Assembly: GCF_009914755.1 (NCBI RefSeq)
Contig: NC_060932.1
DNA length: 64,000 nt
From: the human T2T-CHM13v2.0 reference genome, Homo sapiens
Reading direction: 5' to 3' (one strand)
Under the pieces are notes generated by a model, which was not told the DNA's origin, ran no database searches, and saw only the letters and a program-made list of their open reading frames with translations. Positions 45,561-61,480 of the stretch are shown one piece after another. Positions within the stretch are counted from its first letter, which is position 1. Each line of letters begins with the position of its first letter. A program made the translations under genes and the position numbers.

Positions 45561-46696
45561 TTGGAAATTTTAAATTATGAATGGACCGAGTTAACCAACA
45601 AGGCTTTTTTATTTGTCCATTGGTTTTTTGCCCTAATGAAAAAAGGTTTTGCCTTGCTTTTTGACTGAGTAATAATAATGACAAAAATATCTGAGAGTTT
45701 CTGAGCTTTACTAATAACACAATTCATGGACCTCATTTTCTTGGATTTCACTGGATCCCCACAACCCACTATGTGAGAATATTATTGTTTCCACAGTTTT
45801 AAAGGTGAAGAAATTGACATTCTGGCAGATTAATAATAACCAGCACATAGTATACAGTCAACACTGACGTTGGAGCATCTAGAAGGTTAGGCATATTGAT
45901 GCCTTATTGAATAAATGAATAAATAGTAGGTGGCAGTTTTGAAATTCAAACTTAGGTTTGCCAATTCCGGAGGTGATTCTGGGATGCTTCGTTTTATTCA
46001 TTAATGCTCAAATGGATGCTCTGGTAGATTTTTATTTTGATTTCAATTTTATTTTTCTATTCCTCTTATGATTCTTTATTTTCCTGCTTTATTTGCTCAC
46101 CCTCTCTCCCCTCTTCTATATAGGATGACACCAAAACAGGAGCCAAAATACTTTATATTTTTGGCTGCGAAATTATGTTTATTTGAAAAGGGTAGACTGT
46201 GTCTTTTAAATATTCTTAACCTCCTTTTATTTCTACCTTTCTCTTTTTCTAATCTCCTTTTTTGTTGTTTATTTTGCTTTATTTTCCCTGCAATCTCTGT
46301 GCTAGAATAATTTCTGAGATTGCTTTTGTGTGTCTAGAAACCATCTCATTCTTTTTAGACCAGCTAGCTAATTACAGATCTTAAACTTCTAAACAGCCAA
46401 GATTAAATAGTGTAATTTAAAACATGTGTTAGAAGATGAGTTTAAATAGGTGCTTAAATACTGAAATGAAACCGAAGCCTTTGATAGGTACAAAAACCAT
46501 TTCTTTTGAGTGTACTCTCACTATAAGAAAAATATTACTCTATGATAAAAATAAATAATAAAAATCTTACTCTACAACAATAGTAAGCAAAAAAAAAAAA
46601 CCCTCAAATTCTCTGTTTTTCTTCTTTTGCTAGTAGCTGAAAGCAGATGTGATTTTTGCTGTAGTTCTTTCTTATTCATAAAAAATAGGAAATGAA

Positions 46697-47119
<423 letters not shown>

Positions 47120-49671
47120 TTAGTAGATTTTGTGGTATTTATGTAACAAATTGCTCCTTCTCCATGAGCAATAAAGCTGAGCACCTACTCAGTGCCAGAC
47201 ACGGTGCTAGATGCTAAACAAAAAGAAGAATCACAATGATAATGCTACACCACTTTACTTTGTTAAGTGCTTTAAATACTTTTTATCTCATTTATCTTTA
47301 CTGTAGACCTAAGAAGGAGGAATGAACCCCATTTTCCACATGGGGATCTGATACCTAAAATATGGCTTAGAATGGGTGGTTGAAAGCAGATGATATGCCT
47401 CTAAGGAGGGTGAGCCTAAGTCACAGGCCACTTCTCTGGCCTTGATGTACTGATGGTTGCTTGGGAACACAGACTCATAAATGAATGCCCACTGTGCTAT
47501 ATAATTAGCCCTCCAGTAGAAGGATACCCCCAGGTCTATGGTGACCAGAAGAAGAGCCCCAGTACTTCCTTGGGGAGAGGGGAATTTCACAAGGGGAGAT
47601 AATCTTTCAATGAGTTTCAATAGTTTGATGAGTTGACTCTTAAAGATTGATTTAAAGTTTGCTAGGCAGAGGAGAAGGACAAGGGCATGCAATGCATCTG
47701 GAAGAAAGGTATAGGCCCAGTGTACGCCATAGGGCATTTGGTATTTGAGGACTGCTGAGCGGTACTGTGTGGCTCAAAGAGGACAGGTCTGTGTACCCCA
47801 CACTTCTGACTGCTTTCAGATATGTTGTTTTAATGTGCTCTCCCAATAATTCTGTGAACATTGTTGCTGTAGTGTGGAATGAATGGAGGGAAGTGGTATG
47901 TTGAGAAGCTGTAAATATAAATAGGGGATAGGTCACAAGGTCCCGCTTATGCCACTGTTTTCTAACTTTGTTATTCACTGTGAGATGATGGTTTGTAAAA
48001 AGTTAACTTGAAAAGCTCTTGATATAATATGTACATTTTGAATCTGTGCGAACAATTCATCTACTCTCTGCTGAAAATAGGAAGGTGGCAACAGAAAATT
48101 ATCTCATGAAATATGAATTTTTATTCAATATGGCTGAGGCCCCAGCTTGGATCCTCTAGTAGTTGTTGCAGCTGTCAATTCCTGTAGGGTATTCATTCAG
48201 TGTTAAACATTTGAATTGGTGAATGAAAATAACTACAAGTTATCAACAGGCTTTGGTTTTGCACACTGAAAAGTTGACTGTTAATTGCAATCAGTTCTGA
48301 TTTGATAAAGAGGTTGAAGGAAAAATCTTATTTTGGCTTAAATGCAAATAGTATATAGTAGCAGAGTATAGAATAAACATCTAAGTATTCTTTTTAGGAT
48401 AAAAATAGAAAAGAACTTTTTCACAAAAGAAACTTGGAAATAATTATTTCTACCAGTGGCAAAGTTATTAATCCTGGTGATTTTTGTGAAAGCTTATAGT
48501 GCAGATCCTTCTTTCTCTAGATTTTTGCTTTTCACTCAATATCCATAATTTCTTTCCAATTAGATTTTTATTAAATCATTTTCAAGGTATGGGTGGGAGT
48601 ATTTCTGCCAAATCTACTGAAGTATTTTTAAAAATTCACCCAGATTTTCTGCTTCACTATAGAACATATGAAAAACAAAGTAATAATTTTCAACAAAGAT
48701 GTAGGGCAATTTATTTTACTTATTTAGTTTCTGTCGTGAACCTCAGTACCCTAGGTGCACACTGGAGCTAACAAGCTATCTGAATTAGCCTCTTAAGTAA
48801 AATTAAATCCAGATATTTCAAGAAACCAGAGAATGAACTCATGTCTTTTCATTTCACTTTTTTATTTATTTTTAGTGCCACTGACTCTTTATTTTAATCA
48901 TTGACTTAGTAAACATTTGTTCAATGTCTACTGTGATAGAAATTGTGCGCAACAAAATAGGTGTTTAGTTTTTTTTCTTGAGGATTGGACAAAGTTCATT
49001 TCCAGTTTAGAGATTTTATAGTTATCTATAAATGCCCTTTCCTATCTAGTAGCATGGGGCACATGTTGTTGGTTAAGTTAGTAAATTGAGCCATATGGAA
49101 TGGCCACATGCCACCATTTTAACCTACCAAAGCAGCATGTTTCTATAGTTGAGCCTAATAAGTGAATATTCAGATACAAAATTAAATATTTTAAATATTT
49201 AATTATCTTTCTAATAAAATTTTCAAGAGTAGGTTTTACAGTGAAACCGAGTATCATAGAAACTAAATTATGTGTACACATGCCTTTGATGGTTATTAAA
49301 AACAGATGTTCAATGTTCTTGGTAAATCTTAAAAATTATGCCTTTTTTGTCAATAAAACAGGAGCTCACCACTGAATAAAGTCAGCATTTATCTCTGTGT
49401 TATACACTAATATTGACAATGCTTCTTTATTCCAGAAGAGTCTATGAACCCTTGAAATATTTAGTACACATTTGAGAGGAGGTTATTTTTCCCTTTGTTG
49501 TTTCCACTTCTAGTGGAAGTGATTTTCCAATATGTGGAATGTGTAGCTTTGTGTTTCTGTAGTTTGTATATATCCAACCACCTGAAGAAATGAACTCTGT
49601 GTGTTAGCTTCTTTCCGTTTGAAAAATCTCTAGTTCAGAATTTCACAGTGTAAACATATCTTCAAAGTGGG

Positions 49672-50054
49672 TGTATTGGTCTATTTTCTCACTGCTATAA
49701 AGAAATACCTGAGATTGTGGGTACTTTATAAAGGAAAGAAGTTTAATTGACTCACAGTTATGCATAGCCAGGAAGGCCTCAGAAAACTTAGAATGGGAGA
49801 AGGCAGAAGGGGAAGGAGGCATGTCTTACATGGCGGCAGGCAAGAGAGAGCAGAGAGCGTGTGTGTCAGAACACAGGAAAAACTGCCATGTATAAAACCA
49901 TCAGATCTCGTGAAAATTCACTCACTATCACAAGAACAGCATGGGAGAAACCACCCCCATAATCCAATCACTTTCCGCCCGGTCTCTTCCTCAACACCTG
50001 GGGATTACAATTCAAGATGAGATTTGGGTGGGGACATAAAGCCTAACCATATCA
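49672..50054 (-). mobile_element. THE1 (C/D-like) MaLR solo LTR
   Basis: tgtatt...ctgctataaagaaatacctgaga...tttaattgactcacagtt...aaaaccatcagatctcgtga...gattacaattcaagatgagatttgggtggggaca...aaccatatca. Confidence 0.92.
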
Positions 50055-50696
50055 GTGGGTTAACCAAAACTCCAGTCAATTGCAGGATAAGAATCCTGGT
50101 AAACATATACAAATCAATTCATACTAAAACTATAAATATATTACTTATTTGAAAGAATTATAGGAATTCATATTCTTATATATTAGAACATACTTATAGC
50201 TCATGAAATTTAATAACTCCATTCAGGAGAGACAGATTTGCTTATAATTGCAAACAATTGAACATCGTATACTCTTTTTCCCCATGTGTATTTCACATTA
50301 GTATTTGAGTAGGTTTAGTTGTTAATTTTTAAAATTGTATTAATAATATTGTATCTAATTTGCCAACAAAAACTGACGAATTGGACTTTGAGTTTTGTTT
50401 AGGAAAATGTCATTGCAGCAAATGCAAATTGTGTCCCATCAGGTATAGAAAATATAAATAAATGAAGCCTTATTTTTCTCCCTCAGATTTTATCAAACAA
50501 TTTAATGATTCTAGAATAGAGTCACAATATTGATTAGGAAAAAATATTTTAATATTTCTAACGTTTTTTGGTGTTTAGTGTTTTCTGTAAAGCATATTTG
50601 CTAGAATGTGTGTGGTCATTTATAGAGCTCAAATTCACATTTTTCACATGCGTGAGTTTAGTGAAAAGATGAAATGCTAGTGAATGTAGATGCTGA

Positions 50697-51017
<321 letters not shown>

Positions 51018-51797
51018 TAACCTGCACTGTAACATGTTTTGAAATAAGAAGTAGTTATTTCTTTCCCGCTGGTTATCTCTATGAATGTGCGTGCATTCAG
51101 CTACTTTAAAAATATACATTTTTCTGTGGTCCTTCAAATTTTAATAAGTATGTAGAATGTATTCCTTCTTTCCTGATTTGTATCTCTTCTCTGTGGCTGC
51201 TAAAAGCTAAGAAAGCCTCCATCTGTTACTAATTCTTGTATCCCTACACGCTGACTGGAGAAGGTCATCAGAAGAAAAAGGGTCTTTCTGCTGCTGTTCC
51301 TTATTCCCAGTCGAAGGACACAGGCTGCTGTGAAACCAAAGCTCCTATTGAGATGGATGTCCTGGAGCAGGCTTGAGAGCCAAGCTTGGAGAGCTCAAAT
51401 ACCATACTGCCTGACAATCTGTTTAAAATTTGCATATGTTAAATAATTTTAGTTCTTTTCTTTGTATGCATGTTTGTCCTGTTAAATCGAAGAGCATTGC
51501 CTTAATTACTGTAGAATATTCTATGTTTATGCATTGGGTTTCCACAGTGGATATGATGAAAGCATCTTGAAATATTTGAAAAATAAAACTGTGGTGAACT
51601 TAAGAGTTTTTTCACGTATACCTCCTGTGGTTTGGATAGTTATCATCATGTTTAAAAGCAAATGTGTTCACTTTAATATATAAATGTTAGGTGATCACTG
51701 AATAGAACTGTGATTTTAAACATGAGAGCCTATTTCATCTGTTAAAGTACACATAGAAAATGTAGCTACCAAGTAACATGTTTGAGCTTAAAAACAA

Positions 51798-51801
<4 letters not shown>

Positions 51802-51837
<36 letters not shown>
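51802..51837. repeat. (TG)18 microsatellite
   Basis: Perfect dinucleotide run. Confidence 0.97.
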
Positions 51838-51840
<3 letters not shown>

Positions 51841-52014
51841 TACATATGATAGGAAGCCTACTTTTTAACACATGGTAGGCATCAATTATCTGTTGAATGA
51901 ATGTGTAAATGAGTAAGGCTTTATTTTATTTCTATTCTATTTTCCTTACTTTTAAACTGCCATTGTCTAATCAAGTGCCGGTGCTTTTACTTTAATTTTA
52001 TTGGAAATCTCAAA

Positions 52015-52966
52015 GAATATGAGAAAATATTTACAAATCATATATTTGATGAGTGACATATGCAGAATATATAAAGAACCCTTAAAATTCAACAGTAAAA
52101 TGACAAATAACCAATTAAAAAGTAGACAAAGGATTTGAATAGATATTTCTCCAAAGATATAAAAATGTCCAAAAAGCACATGAAAAGATGATCAACATCA
52201 TTAGCCATTAGAGAAATGCAACTCAAAACCACAGTGAAATACCACAATGCATGTGATATGGATGGCTATAATACAAAAGACAGATAGTAATAAGTTTTGG
52301 GGAGGATGTGGAGAAATTTTGTCACCCTCCTAAGTTGCTTGTGGGAAGTGGCACAGCCATTTTGGAAACTGGTTTGGCAGTTCTTCAAAATATGAACCAC
52401 AGAGTTTCCATATTACCTAGAAATAGGATTTCTAGATAATATCTAAAATAAATGAAAACTTACATTCACACAAAATCTTGTATGCAAACATTCCTAGCAA
52501 GATTATTCATAGTAGCTAAAAAATGGAAACAACTTATATGTCCATCAACTGATGAATGGATAAACAAAATGTGATGTGTCCATATAATGGAATATTATTC
52601 AGCAATAAAATGGAATGGAGTACTGATACATGCTACAACATGGATAAACACTGAAAGCATTATACTAAGTGAAATAAGCCAGTCACAAAAGACCTCATAT
52701 AGTTTGATTCCATTATGGTGAAATGTACTAACTAGGTACATTTTAGAGGCAGAAAGTAGACTAGTGGTTGCCTACAGCTGATGGTTGGGGGCAGGAAAAT
52801 GAGGAGTGAATACTATTGGGTATTGGTTATCTTTGGGGGTTGATAAAAATATTCTAAAGTTAGACAATGGTGCTAGCTGGACAGCTCTGTGAATATAGTA
52901 AAACCCCTGAGCTATACATTTTAAATGGGTGAATTTTACAGTATGTGAGTTATATCTCAATGAAGC
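52015..52966 (+). mobile_element. L1MB-like 3' fragment
   Basis: gagaaaatatttacaaatcatata...ttagagaaatgcaactcaaaaccacagtgaaataccac...tgtccatcaactgatgaatggataaacaaaatgtg...gttatatctcaat. Confidence 0.88.
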
Positions 52967-53586
52967 GGTGTGGTTTTTTTTTCAACTGGTCTTGTGAAAC
53001 CCTTAAATTTATTTAAGGAATTGATTTTAAAAAGAAAATAGAGAGGTTGCTAAGGAAAGAAAAATTCAAGAAACCCATAGTCTTTCTGCTTCTGTCACAA
53101 AGGCAGAAAGAAAACATCCACCCAGGAATGTGAATGGCTCTAGGAGCAGCGCTCTGGTGGTCTGTGTGCCCCTGAGTGCGAGGCACAGCCAGTGGTCACT
53201 TGGGCCTGGCTTTGGCAATGTTTGCTGGAACACCATGGCTTGTGCTGTAGCTCTCAAAGGCCACACTGTCTGGAACATTTCTTGCTTTGTGAATTTCTGT
53301 CTACCGGAAAATGCACTGATTCTTCAGTCCTGTCCTTTCTTTCTAGGGTCATGACATTTTTTTGCTGCTTCAAAAGGATTTTTTTAAGATAATGGTTTAA
53401 TAAACATTTTTCCAGTACTTACTGTGTACTGTGCACTATATTAAACATCACACCAAGGTACAAAGGTGACAATTCTTCCAACCTCTTTGTGTCTCCACGC
53501 TGCCCTCCTTTGGGGTCTGGGGCTACCTCCACTGATTCTTTTTCACAGAATGGAAATTCTTTACCACCTCCTTCATCTTCTACTGA

Positions 53587-53958
<372 letters not shown>

Positions 53959-53969
53959 TAACTGTTTAA

Positions 53970-54282
<313 letters not shown>

Positions 54283-55127
54283 CATTGACATTCTTAAGGA
54301 AACAAATATTACCTTTAGAAGATAAGCTATGTATGACAAAGTTAATTATATTTTCATGATAAAACTATTAAAAGACCCTGTAAATAATGCATTAAACTCC
54401 TAATAGGAAGGCCAGAAGCTAGTACCAGAAAGATGACATCACTGAGACACACACTAACTTTTTTAATGTCTGGGCCTTACTTGCCTTAGCTATAAAACTA
54501 TATGCTATAAGAATGAGACGAATGATTAAAACAAACCAGATCTGTTACTCACAAGATTCTAGACTAAGACGCCATAAAGCCAAGTGAGGTGAAAATGATT
54601 CTTGCTCCCAAGCTCGTTGGAAGCCAAATAATCACACATTAAAATTGATTTTAATCACAGTTACTAAATATAGCAAATGAATATGAATAAGTTATCTCAT
54701 TATAAAATAGGATAGCTATTATGTAGTTTGTCTTTTAAATAAAACAACATTTTTGCTTTTCAGATGTTATAAGATTTTAGAAGTTTAGATGCAAATAGCA
54801 TGCTTTTTGTGTTCTGTAAATAATAAATGAAATCAATATGATTAGAATCCAGCTACATAATAGACTGAAAAATGTGTGTATAACATAACCATTTAAACAA
54901 TAGAGAAAAGGGAAAATATAAAACCATAAAAGAAACTTGTAACTTTAAGAGATTTGTTCATTTCATTTTGGGCAGTAAATTATTACAGAAGTCTTTATAA
55001 TTTTGTTTTGTACCTGTATATAAATAAAACACAGCAAAGTTGTTTTGGTCTGAATTTACATTATGTCATGTTACGTTATATTGCTTTATATCATCTTGTA
55101 TTATATATTGTTTTTCTTTCTTTGTAG

Positions 55128-55235
<108 letters not shown>

Positions 55236-55711
55236 TAATTAGGTATTTACAAAATTTATTTGGCATCAAATAATTATATATGATATAACTTTGGTATTAA
55301 TATATTTGATAAGTATTTTATGAACTGAATGATTGAAATGTATCCTTTTGATTTAGAAATTTTCCATCACTAATCTGACAAAGGCAGTATTTTAAAAGTT
55401 ATATATTCAGATAAGTAGCAATATGTATGGTTTAATGTCCATATCTTTTACTTTCTGCAAGTTATCATTATCTACTATTTCCACATTCCCATAAATATAG
55501 TTAAAATATATCTATCAGTCTAAGAAATCTTCAGTAGTTTGTTATTATTTTTATATGTCTCTTGTTTTTTCAAAAGTATGAGTATCGTGTGTATTAGGCT
55601 AGAAGGTGTAAGCTTCTTCAGGTTTTATTTCTCACATTCCTAATGTCCAGTACAATAAATAAGGACTCCATACATTTTCATTTGATCCATGATCTGACTT
55701 AAGATGATAAT

Positions 55712-56400
55712 CACTCATTTATTCATGTATCAAAAGCTCCTTAAATGCCTACTTCTTGCCAAGACTATTCTTGGTGTTGGATTCAGTAGAGAACTAAACA
55801 GATAGATATCTCTTATGGGGCTTAAGTTAAGGTGAGGAGAGATAAATAATAGGCAAAATAATTTTATAATAAATTAGAAGGCAATTATGTGAAAGATATA
55901 TAGGGAAACAAAAGAGAGCAAAGGATACCAATGAAGGGGCAGATGGAAGGTTGCAGATAATGAATGGGGTAGCAAGGAATCTTTACCTAAAAGGAGAGCA
56001 GGCCCTGAAAAGGTTGAGGGAGTAATGGAGATATCGGAGGAGCAGTGTCCCAGGCTCACTGGACTCTGAGGCTGGGAGCAGACATGGCATGCTCTCAGGA
56101 TAGGAAGTTGGCCTGCATAGGTGGAGTGGAGCAAGTGAGGGGAACAGAAAAAGAGATGGAAACAGCAAGGAGGCCAGGCTATGAAGGGCATGCCAGCTGT
56201 TGAAAGAGCTTTGCTTCCTAACCATGACATTGAACTGATGAATTACGGGATGTGTGTTCCATATTAAAAGGCTGTCTCTGACTGCTGTGTTAAATAGACT
56301 ATTCTAGGACCAAGGGCAGAAGCCCAGTGATCAGTTAGAAAGCTACCTCTCCCAGGTGGGAGAGGATGGTGACTTGGCCTGGAGGGTAGCTGTGGAGATT
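55712..56400 (-). mobile_element. L2 LINE fragment
   Basis: actcatttattcatgtatcaaa...aaatgcctacttcttgccaagactattct then purine-rich L2 body. Confidence 0.72.
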
Positions 56401-57339
56401 ATTTAAAAATAAAGCAATGTCAATGCTGTTTAATTTATGAAAATAGAACAGAATATTATTAAAGTTTCATTTCCTCTGATGAATGAGGAAGAGAACAAGA
56501 AGCACAAAGTTAGAAATTTAGGTTATATTTATTCAAGAATTTTTCTGGCAGAGGGTATTTGATAAGGATAATATTATTTGAACAAATTGTGTGGTTTTCT
56601 GTGGATATGTATAGAATAGGATATATTTTCATTTACTTGAATAATGTGGGCATAGTTTTGCTGAAGGCAGAGAGAACTCTATTTTTGTGATATAACCTGA
56701 TATGTTGTTTAAAGTTTTGCCTGAGGAACTGTAAGTTCATAGGAGTACTGTTTTCCATGGTTCTCCTATGACATTATTGGCAAATGGTCTGTTGAACAAG
56801 TAGGAGAAGAACCAATATCATAAGCTTGATAAAATACTTCCTTACTGCATATCTACTGTGAAAGACTTAACTTTGGAACACACACTAAATATAAAAAATA
56901 ATTGGGACCATGTAAGCAATAATAGTATGTAAATGTAGATGTCACTATAACAGATACAGGCATTCTGAATATATTTGGCAATACATTTTAATGTGTCTCT
57001 TCAAAGCGTAACCTCAACTTCTGAAAATAGTTCTCTAGTGAGGGGCTGGTTCCAATGCTGCACTATTGAACACTAAAAACAGCGAAGATAGGAATATAAT
57101 TCTTATTTTAAGTTGATGCAGGAAATAAGAGAATTATTCTGTATTCAGAGGTCATCACATCTTATTTAAGTGGTGTAAGAAAATGAAGCTTTATTATGCA
57201 TTGCATGTAGTTTGATCTTTCTGTTACTTAGATGTGGAGAAGTCAGATTCACTAATCCTGTATCACTGGGATGGAGACTAGTTGGCTGCATGCCTTTGAG
57301 GGAGGACTAAGCACAGAGATGGGGAAGCATGAAGGTGTA

Positions 57340-57525
57340 AAGACACCATTGGCTTTGAAGTCAAGAAATCCAGGTCCGAATCTTGGCTTCATTCTTATCT
57401 TTAAGCATGAGAACTATAGCTTTCCCTAACTCACAGGGTTGAGGGACTTAAATAAGATAATGTATTTGAAAGACTCTAGCATTACATATGGCTATACTAG
57501 TATTCAGTAAGTATTTGAATTCATC
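57340..57525 (+). mobile_element. MIR fragment
   Basis: ggctttgaagtcaagaaatccaggtccgaatcttggct...ctaactcacagggttgagggacttaaataagataatgtatttgaaag. Confidence 0.65.
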
Positions 57526-58677
57526 CTTCTTACTTTATTAGTTTGCATTCTTCTCAAAAGCTATATTTATAGCATCGCCTATAATCTCACTTTTGCATGA
57601 AAAGAATAATGAGATTCTGAAGAATTATGGCATGCCAAGCAAGTAGAAGTCAAATATCTTGATTAAAGACAGTTCATTTTCATTGAAGAAATAATTATTA
57701 AATATATATAACATGCTAAGTACTGAACCAAGTTCTAGGGATATCATGGTGTGCAAATTAAACAAGGCTTTTTTGGCATGGAACTTAGACACTAATGAGA
57801 GATACAAGGAAGTAAATGGGCAATTTGACCACTTCGTAATAAGGGAAATACGAGGTGCTTCACACAATGTGAAGGAGTAATAAACTAGCTAAATGGTAAG
57901 TTTGTCTATAATTAAATTTATTTTGTGGAAAATCTGCATCAGTTTAGGAGAATAATGTAATGACAGCAGGTCTTCTCCTTTTCAATGGTCATATGGGTCA
58001 TTTTATAGTAGTTCATTATTAGGAGAATGAATATGTTTGAGTCCCCACTATCCTTATATGGGCCAGGCATTGTGCCTGGAGGTGTGGGTGCCATCATGGA
58101 TGAGACATGCATGGTTCCTGTCTTCATGGAGCTGACAGCCTACTTGGGAATAAGGAATTAGGAATCAATAATGAATGAGGAATGAATAATCAACAATCAA
58201 TAAGAAATCAATATAAAAATAAAACTGTGATAAATCCTATGAAGGAAATAAGCAGATGCATAAAGAAAAAAGGCGAGGCAGCCCTTCAAGGGGTGACTGG
58301 TGGAGGATTCTCTGCAGAAGTAGCTTTTAAGCTGAGATCTGAAGCATAAGAAAGACCCAACCCTGCAGAAAGTCAGGGAAGAGCAACCAAGGCAGAGGGA
58401 ACTAACAGCTTCTTAGTCAAAGACTTATTTTGAAACTCACGGGCCCATTCAATGATTAGAGGCTATGTTTACAAGGATGGGATGGCACTGTTGAAACTCC
58501 TCTGTGGGATGAATCCCTCTATAGGATGCTACCAGAGACCTTTTCCTCTTGCAATTTTTTGAAACTTTTAAATATTATATAGTCCTAATTATCAAGTTTG
58601 TTTTTTATAGCTAATAAATTTCCACAAATAAAAGGCAACAATTTTCAACTCCACATTAGTATTATGCACTTTTTAAA

Positions 58678-61395
58678 AAGCCTTTATATTTTTAGAGCAG
58701 TTTTAGGTTCACAGCAAAATTGAGAGGAAGGTACAGAGATTTTCCATACCCCTGTCCCTACACATGTACAGCCTCCCCAGCTATCAATAGCCCTCACGAT
58801 AGAGGCACATTTCTTAAAATCAGTGAACCTATATTAGCACATCAAAATCACTCAAAGTTCATAGTTTACATTAGGATTCACTCTTGGAGCTCTACATTCC
58901 CTGGATCTGGACAAATGTGTAATGACATGTATCCACCATTATAGTATCATACAGAGTATTTTTACTGCCCTAAAATCCCATATGGATTGCCTGTTCATTC
59001 CTCCTCCCTCCCACTCTGCACCCAACCCCTGGCATCCACTGATTTTCTCTACTTTCTCCATAGTTTTGCCTTTTTCAGAACATCATATAGTTGGGATCGT
59101 ACAGTAGGTAGCTTTTCAGATTGTCTTCTCTCACTTAGGAATATGCATTTAAGCTTCCTTCATGTCTTTTCATGGCTTGATAGTTCATTTCTTTTTAGTA
59201 CAGAAGAAAATTCCATTGGCTGGATGTACCACAGTTTATCCATTCAAAGGACATCTTGGTTGCTTTTAAGTTTTGGCAATTATGAAGAGTGGCTATAAAC
59301 ACACATGTGCAGGTTTTTCTGTGGATATAAGTTTTCAGCTCTTTTGGGTAGATACCAAGGACCATGATTCCTGGATCGTATGTTAAGAGCTTCTTAGTTT
59401 GGCAAGAAAGTGCCAAACTGTTTTCCAGAGTGGCTATGTGCATGGAGACTGGTGAGAAATACAAAGGCATAAATGGGCAATTTAACCACTTTAGTGATAA
59501 GGAAACTACAAGGTACTCCCATATCATATTATTTAATTAGTGAGAGAGGACTAAACTAGCTAAAGGATTAAATTTTATATCATGAAATTTATTTTGTGGA
59601 AAATCTGCATTTTTCCCTCCAGTGATGAATGAGTGCTCCTATCACTCCACATCCTTGTCAGCATTTGGTGTTGTCAGTGTTCTGGATTTTGGCCCCTCTA
59701 TGAGTGTATAGTGGTAGCTCAGTACGGTTTTAATTTGCATTTCCCTTATAACAAATGATAAGAGCATCATTTCATATGATTATTTGCCATCTCTATATCT
59801 TCTTGAAAGAGTTGTCTGTTGAGGTCTTTAGCCTATTTTTAAAATTGGTGATATAGTTTGGATGTGTGTCCTTACCCAAATCTCATGCTTAATTGTAATC
59901 CCCAGTGTTGGAGATGGGGCCTGGTGGAGGTGATTGGATCATGGGGGTGGATTTCTCATGAATGATGTTGTGCCTTCCCCCGGTACTGTCTTCATGATAA
60001 TGAGTTCTCATGAGATCTGGTTGTTTAAAAGTGTGTAGCATGTCCCAGCTTGCTCTCTTGCTTTTGCCATATGATGTGCCTGCTACCCCTTTCGTCTTCT
60101 GCCATGGTTATAAGTTTCCTGAGGCCTCCTCAGAAGCTGAGCAGATGTGAGCATCTTGCTTCCTGTACAGCCTGCAGAACCATGAACCAATTAAACCTCT
60201 TTTCTTTAAAAATTACTCACTCAGACATTTTTATGGATTAACACACTTTGATTGTTTGTTTTCTTATTGTTGAGTTTGAAGAGTTATCTGTGTATTTTGG
60301 AAGACAGTTTTTATCAGATGTGTCTTTTGCAAATATTTTCTCCCAGTCTGTTGCTTGTTTTCTCATTCTTTTGACAATGTCTTTTGCAGAACAGAAGTTT
60401 TACATTTGATGGGATATAGCTTATTATTTCTTTCATGGATTGTGCCTTTGGTGTTCTTTCTGAAAGTCATCAGTATTTCCAAGGTCATCTAAGTTTTCTC
60501 TTACATAATCTGGCAGGAATTGTATGGTTTTTCATTTTATATTTAAGTCTATAATTCATTTTGGGTTAATTTTTGTGGAGGATATAATGTGAGTATCTAG
60601 ATTTATGTTTTTGCATGTAGATGCCCAGTTCTTCCAGAAACATTTGTTGAAAAGACTTATCTTTGCTCCATTGTATTATCTTTGCTCCTTTGTCAGAGAT
60701 CAGTTGACTATATATATGTTGGACTGCTTCTGAGCTCTCTGTTCTATTTCATTGATCTATTTGTCTGCTCTTTGGCCAATACCATGCTGTCTTCATTACT
60801 GTAGTTTTATAGTAAGTCTTAAATTAAAGGAGTATCAGTCTTCCAACTTTGTTCTTCTTTTTCTATGTTATGTTGGCTATTTTGGGTCTTTTGCCTTTTC
60901 ATATAAACTTTAGAATTAGTTTGTCACTATCCAAGAAATAACCTGTTGGGATTTTACTTGGTGTTTCACTGACATTGTTCATCAAGCTGGGAAGAAATGA
61001 CACCTTGACAATAGTGAGTCTTCCTATCCATGAACATAAAATGTCTTTCCATTTACTGAGTTCTTAAAAATTTTTTTCATCAGTTTTTCAGTTTTCCTTA
61101 TATAGATCTTGTAATATTTTATTAAAGTTATACCTAAGTATTTTATTTTGGGGAGGTGCTAATATAAATGGTATTATGTTGTTAATTTCAAATTCCACTT
61201 GTTCACTGCTGGTATATAAGAAAGGAATTGACTTTTTTATATTAACCTGTATCCTGAAACCTAGCTATAATTGCTTATTAGTTCCAGGAGCAGTTTTTTG
61301 TTGATATTTTCCTTTCCCAATCATTATAGTTTCTTTTCTCTTGTCTTGTTTTATTGCAATAGCTAGGACTTCCAGTATGATGTTGAGAGGAGTGG
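58678..61395 (-). mobile_element. L1MC-like 3' fragment (antisense), interrupted by an MST LTR and a local insertion
   Basis: tttagagcagttttaggttcacagcaaaattgagaggaaggtacagagatt...; continuous antisense L1 ORF2/3'UTR similarity to ...gctaggacttccagtatgatgttga. Confidence 0.88.
59849..60245 (+). mobile_element. MSTA-like MaLR LTR nested in L1MC
   Basis: tgatatagtttggatgtgtgtcc...caaatctcatg...tgtaatccccagtgttgg...cttcctgtacagcctgcagaaccatga...aattaaacctcttttcttta...aca. Confidence 0.9.
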
Positions 61396-61400
61396 TAATG

Positions 61401-61480
61401 GGCTGGGTGTGGTGGCTTATGCCTGTAATCTCAACACTCTGGGAGGCCAAGGCTGGAGGATCACTTGATCCCAGGAGTTT
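61401..61480 (+). mobile_element. Truncated Alu/FLAM left arm
   Basis: ggctgggtgtggtggcttatgcctgtaatctcaacactctgggaggccaaggctggaggatcacttgatcccaggagtt. Confidence 0.88.
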
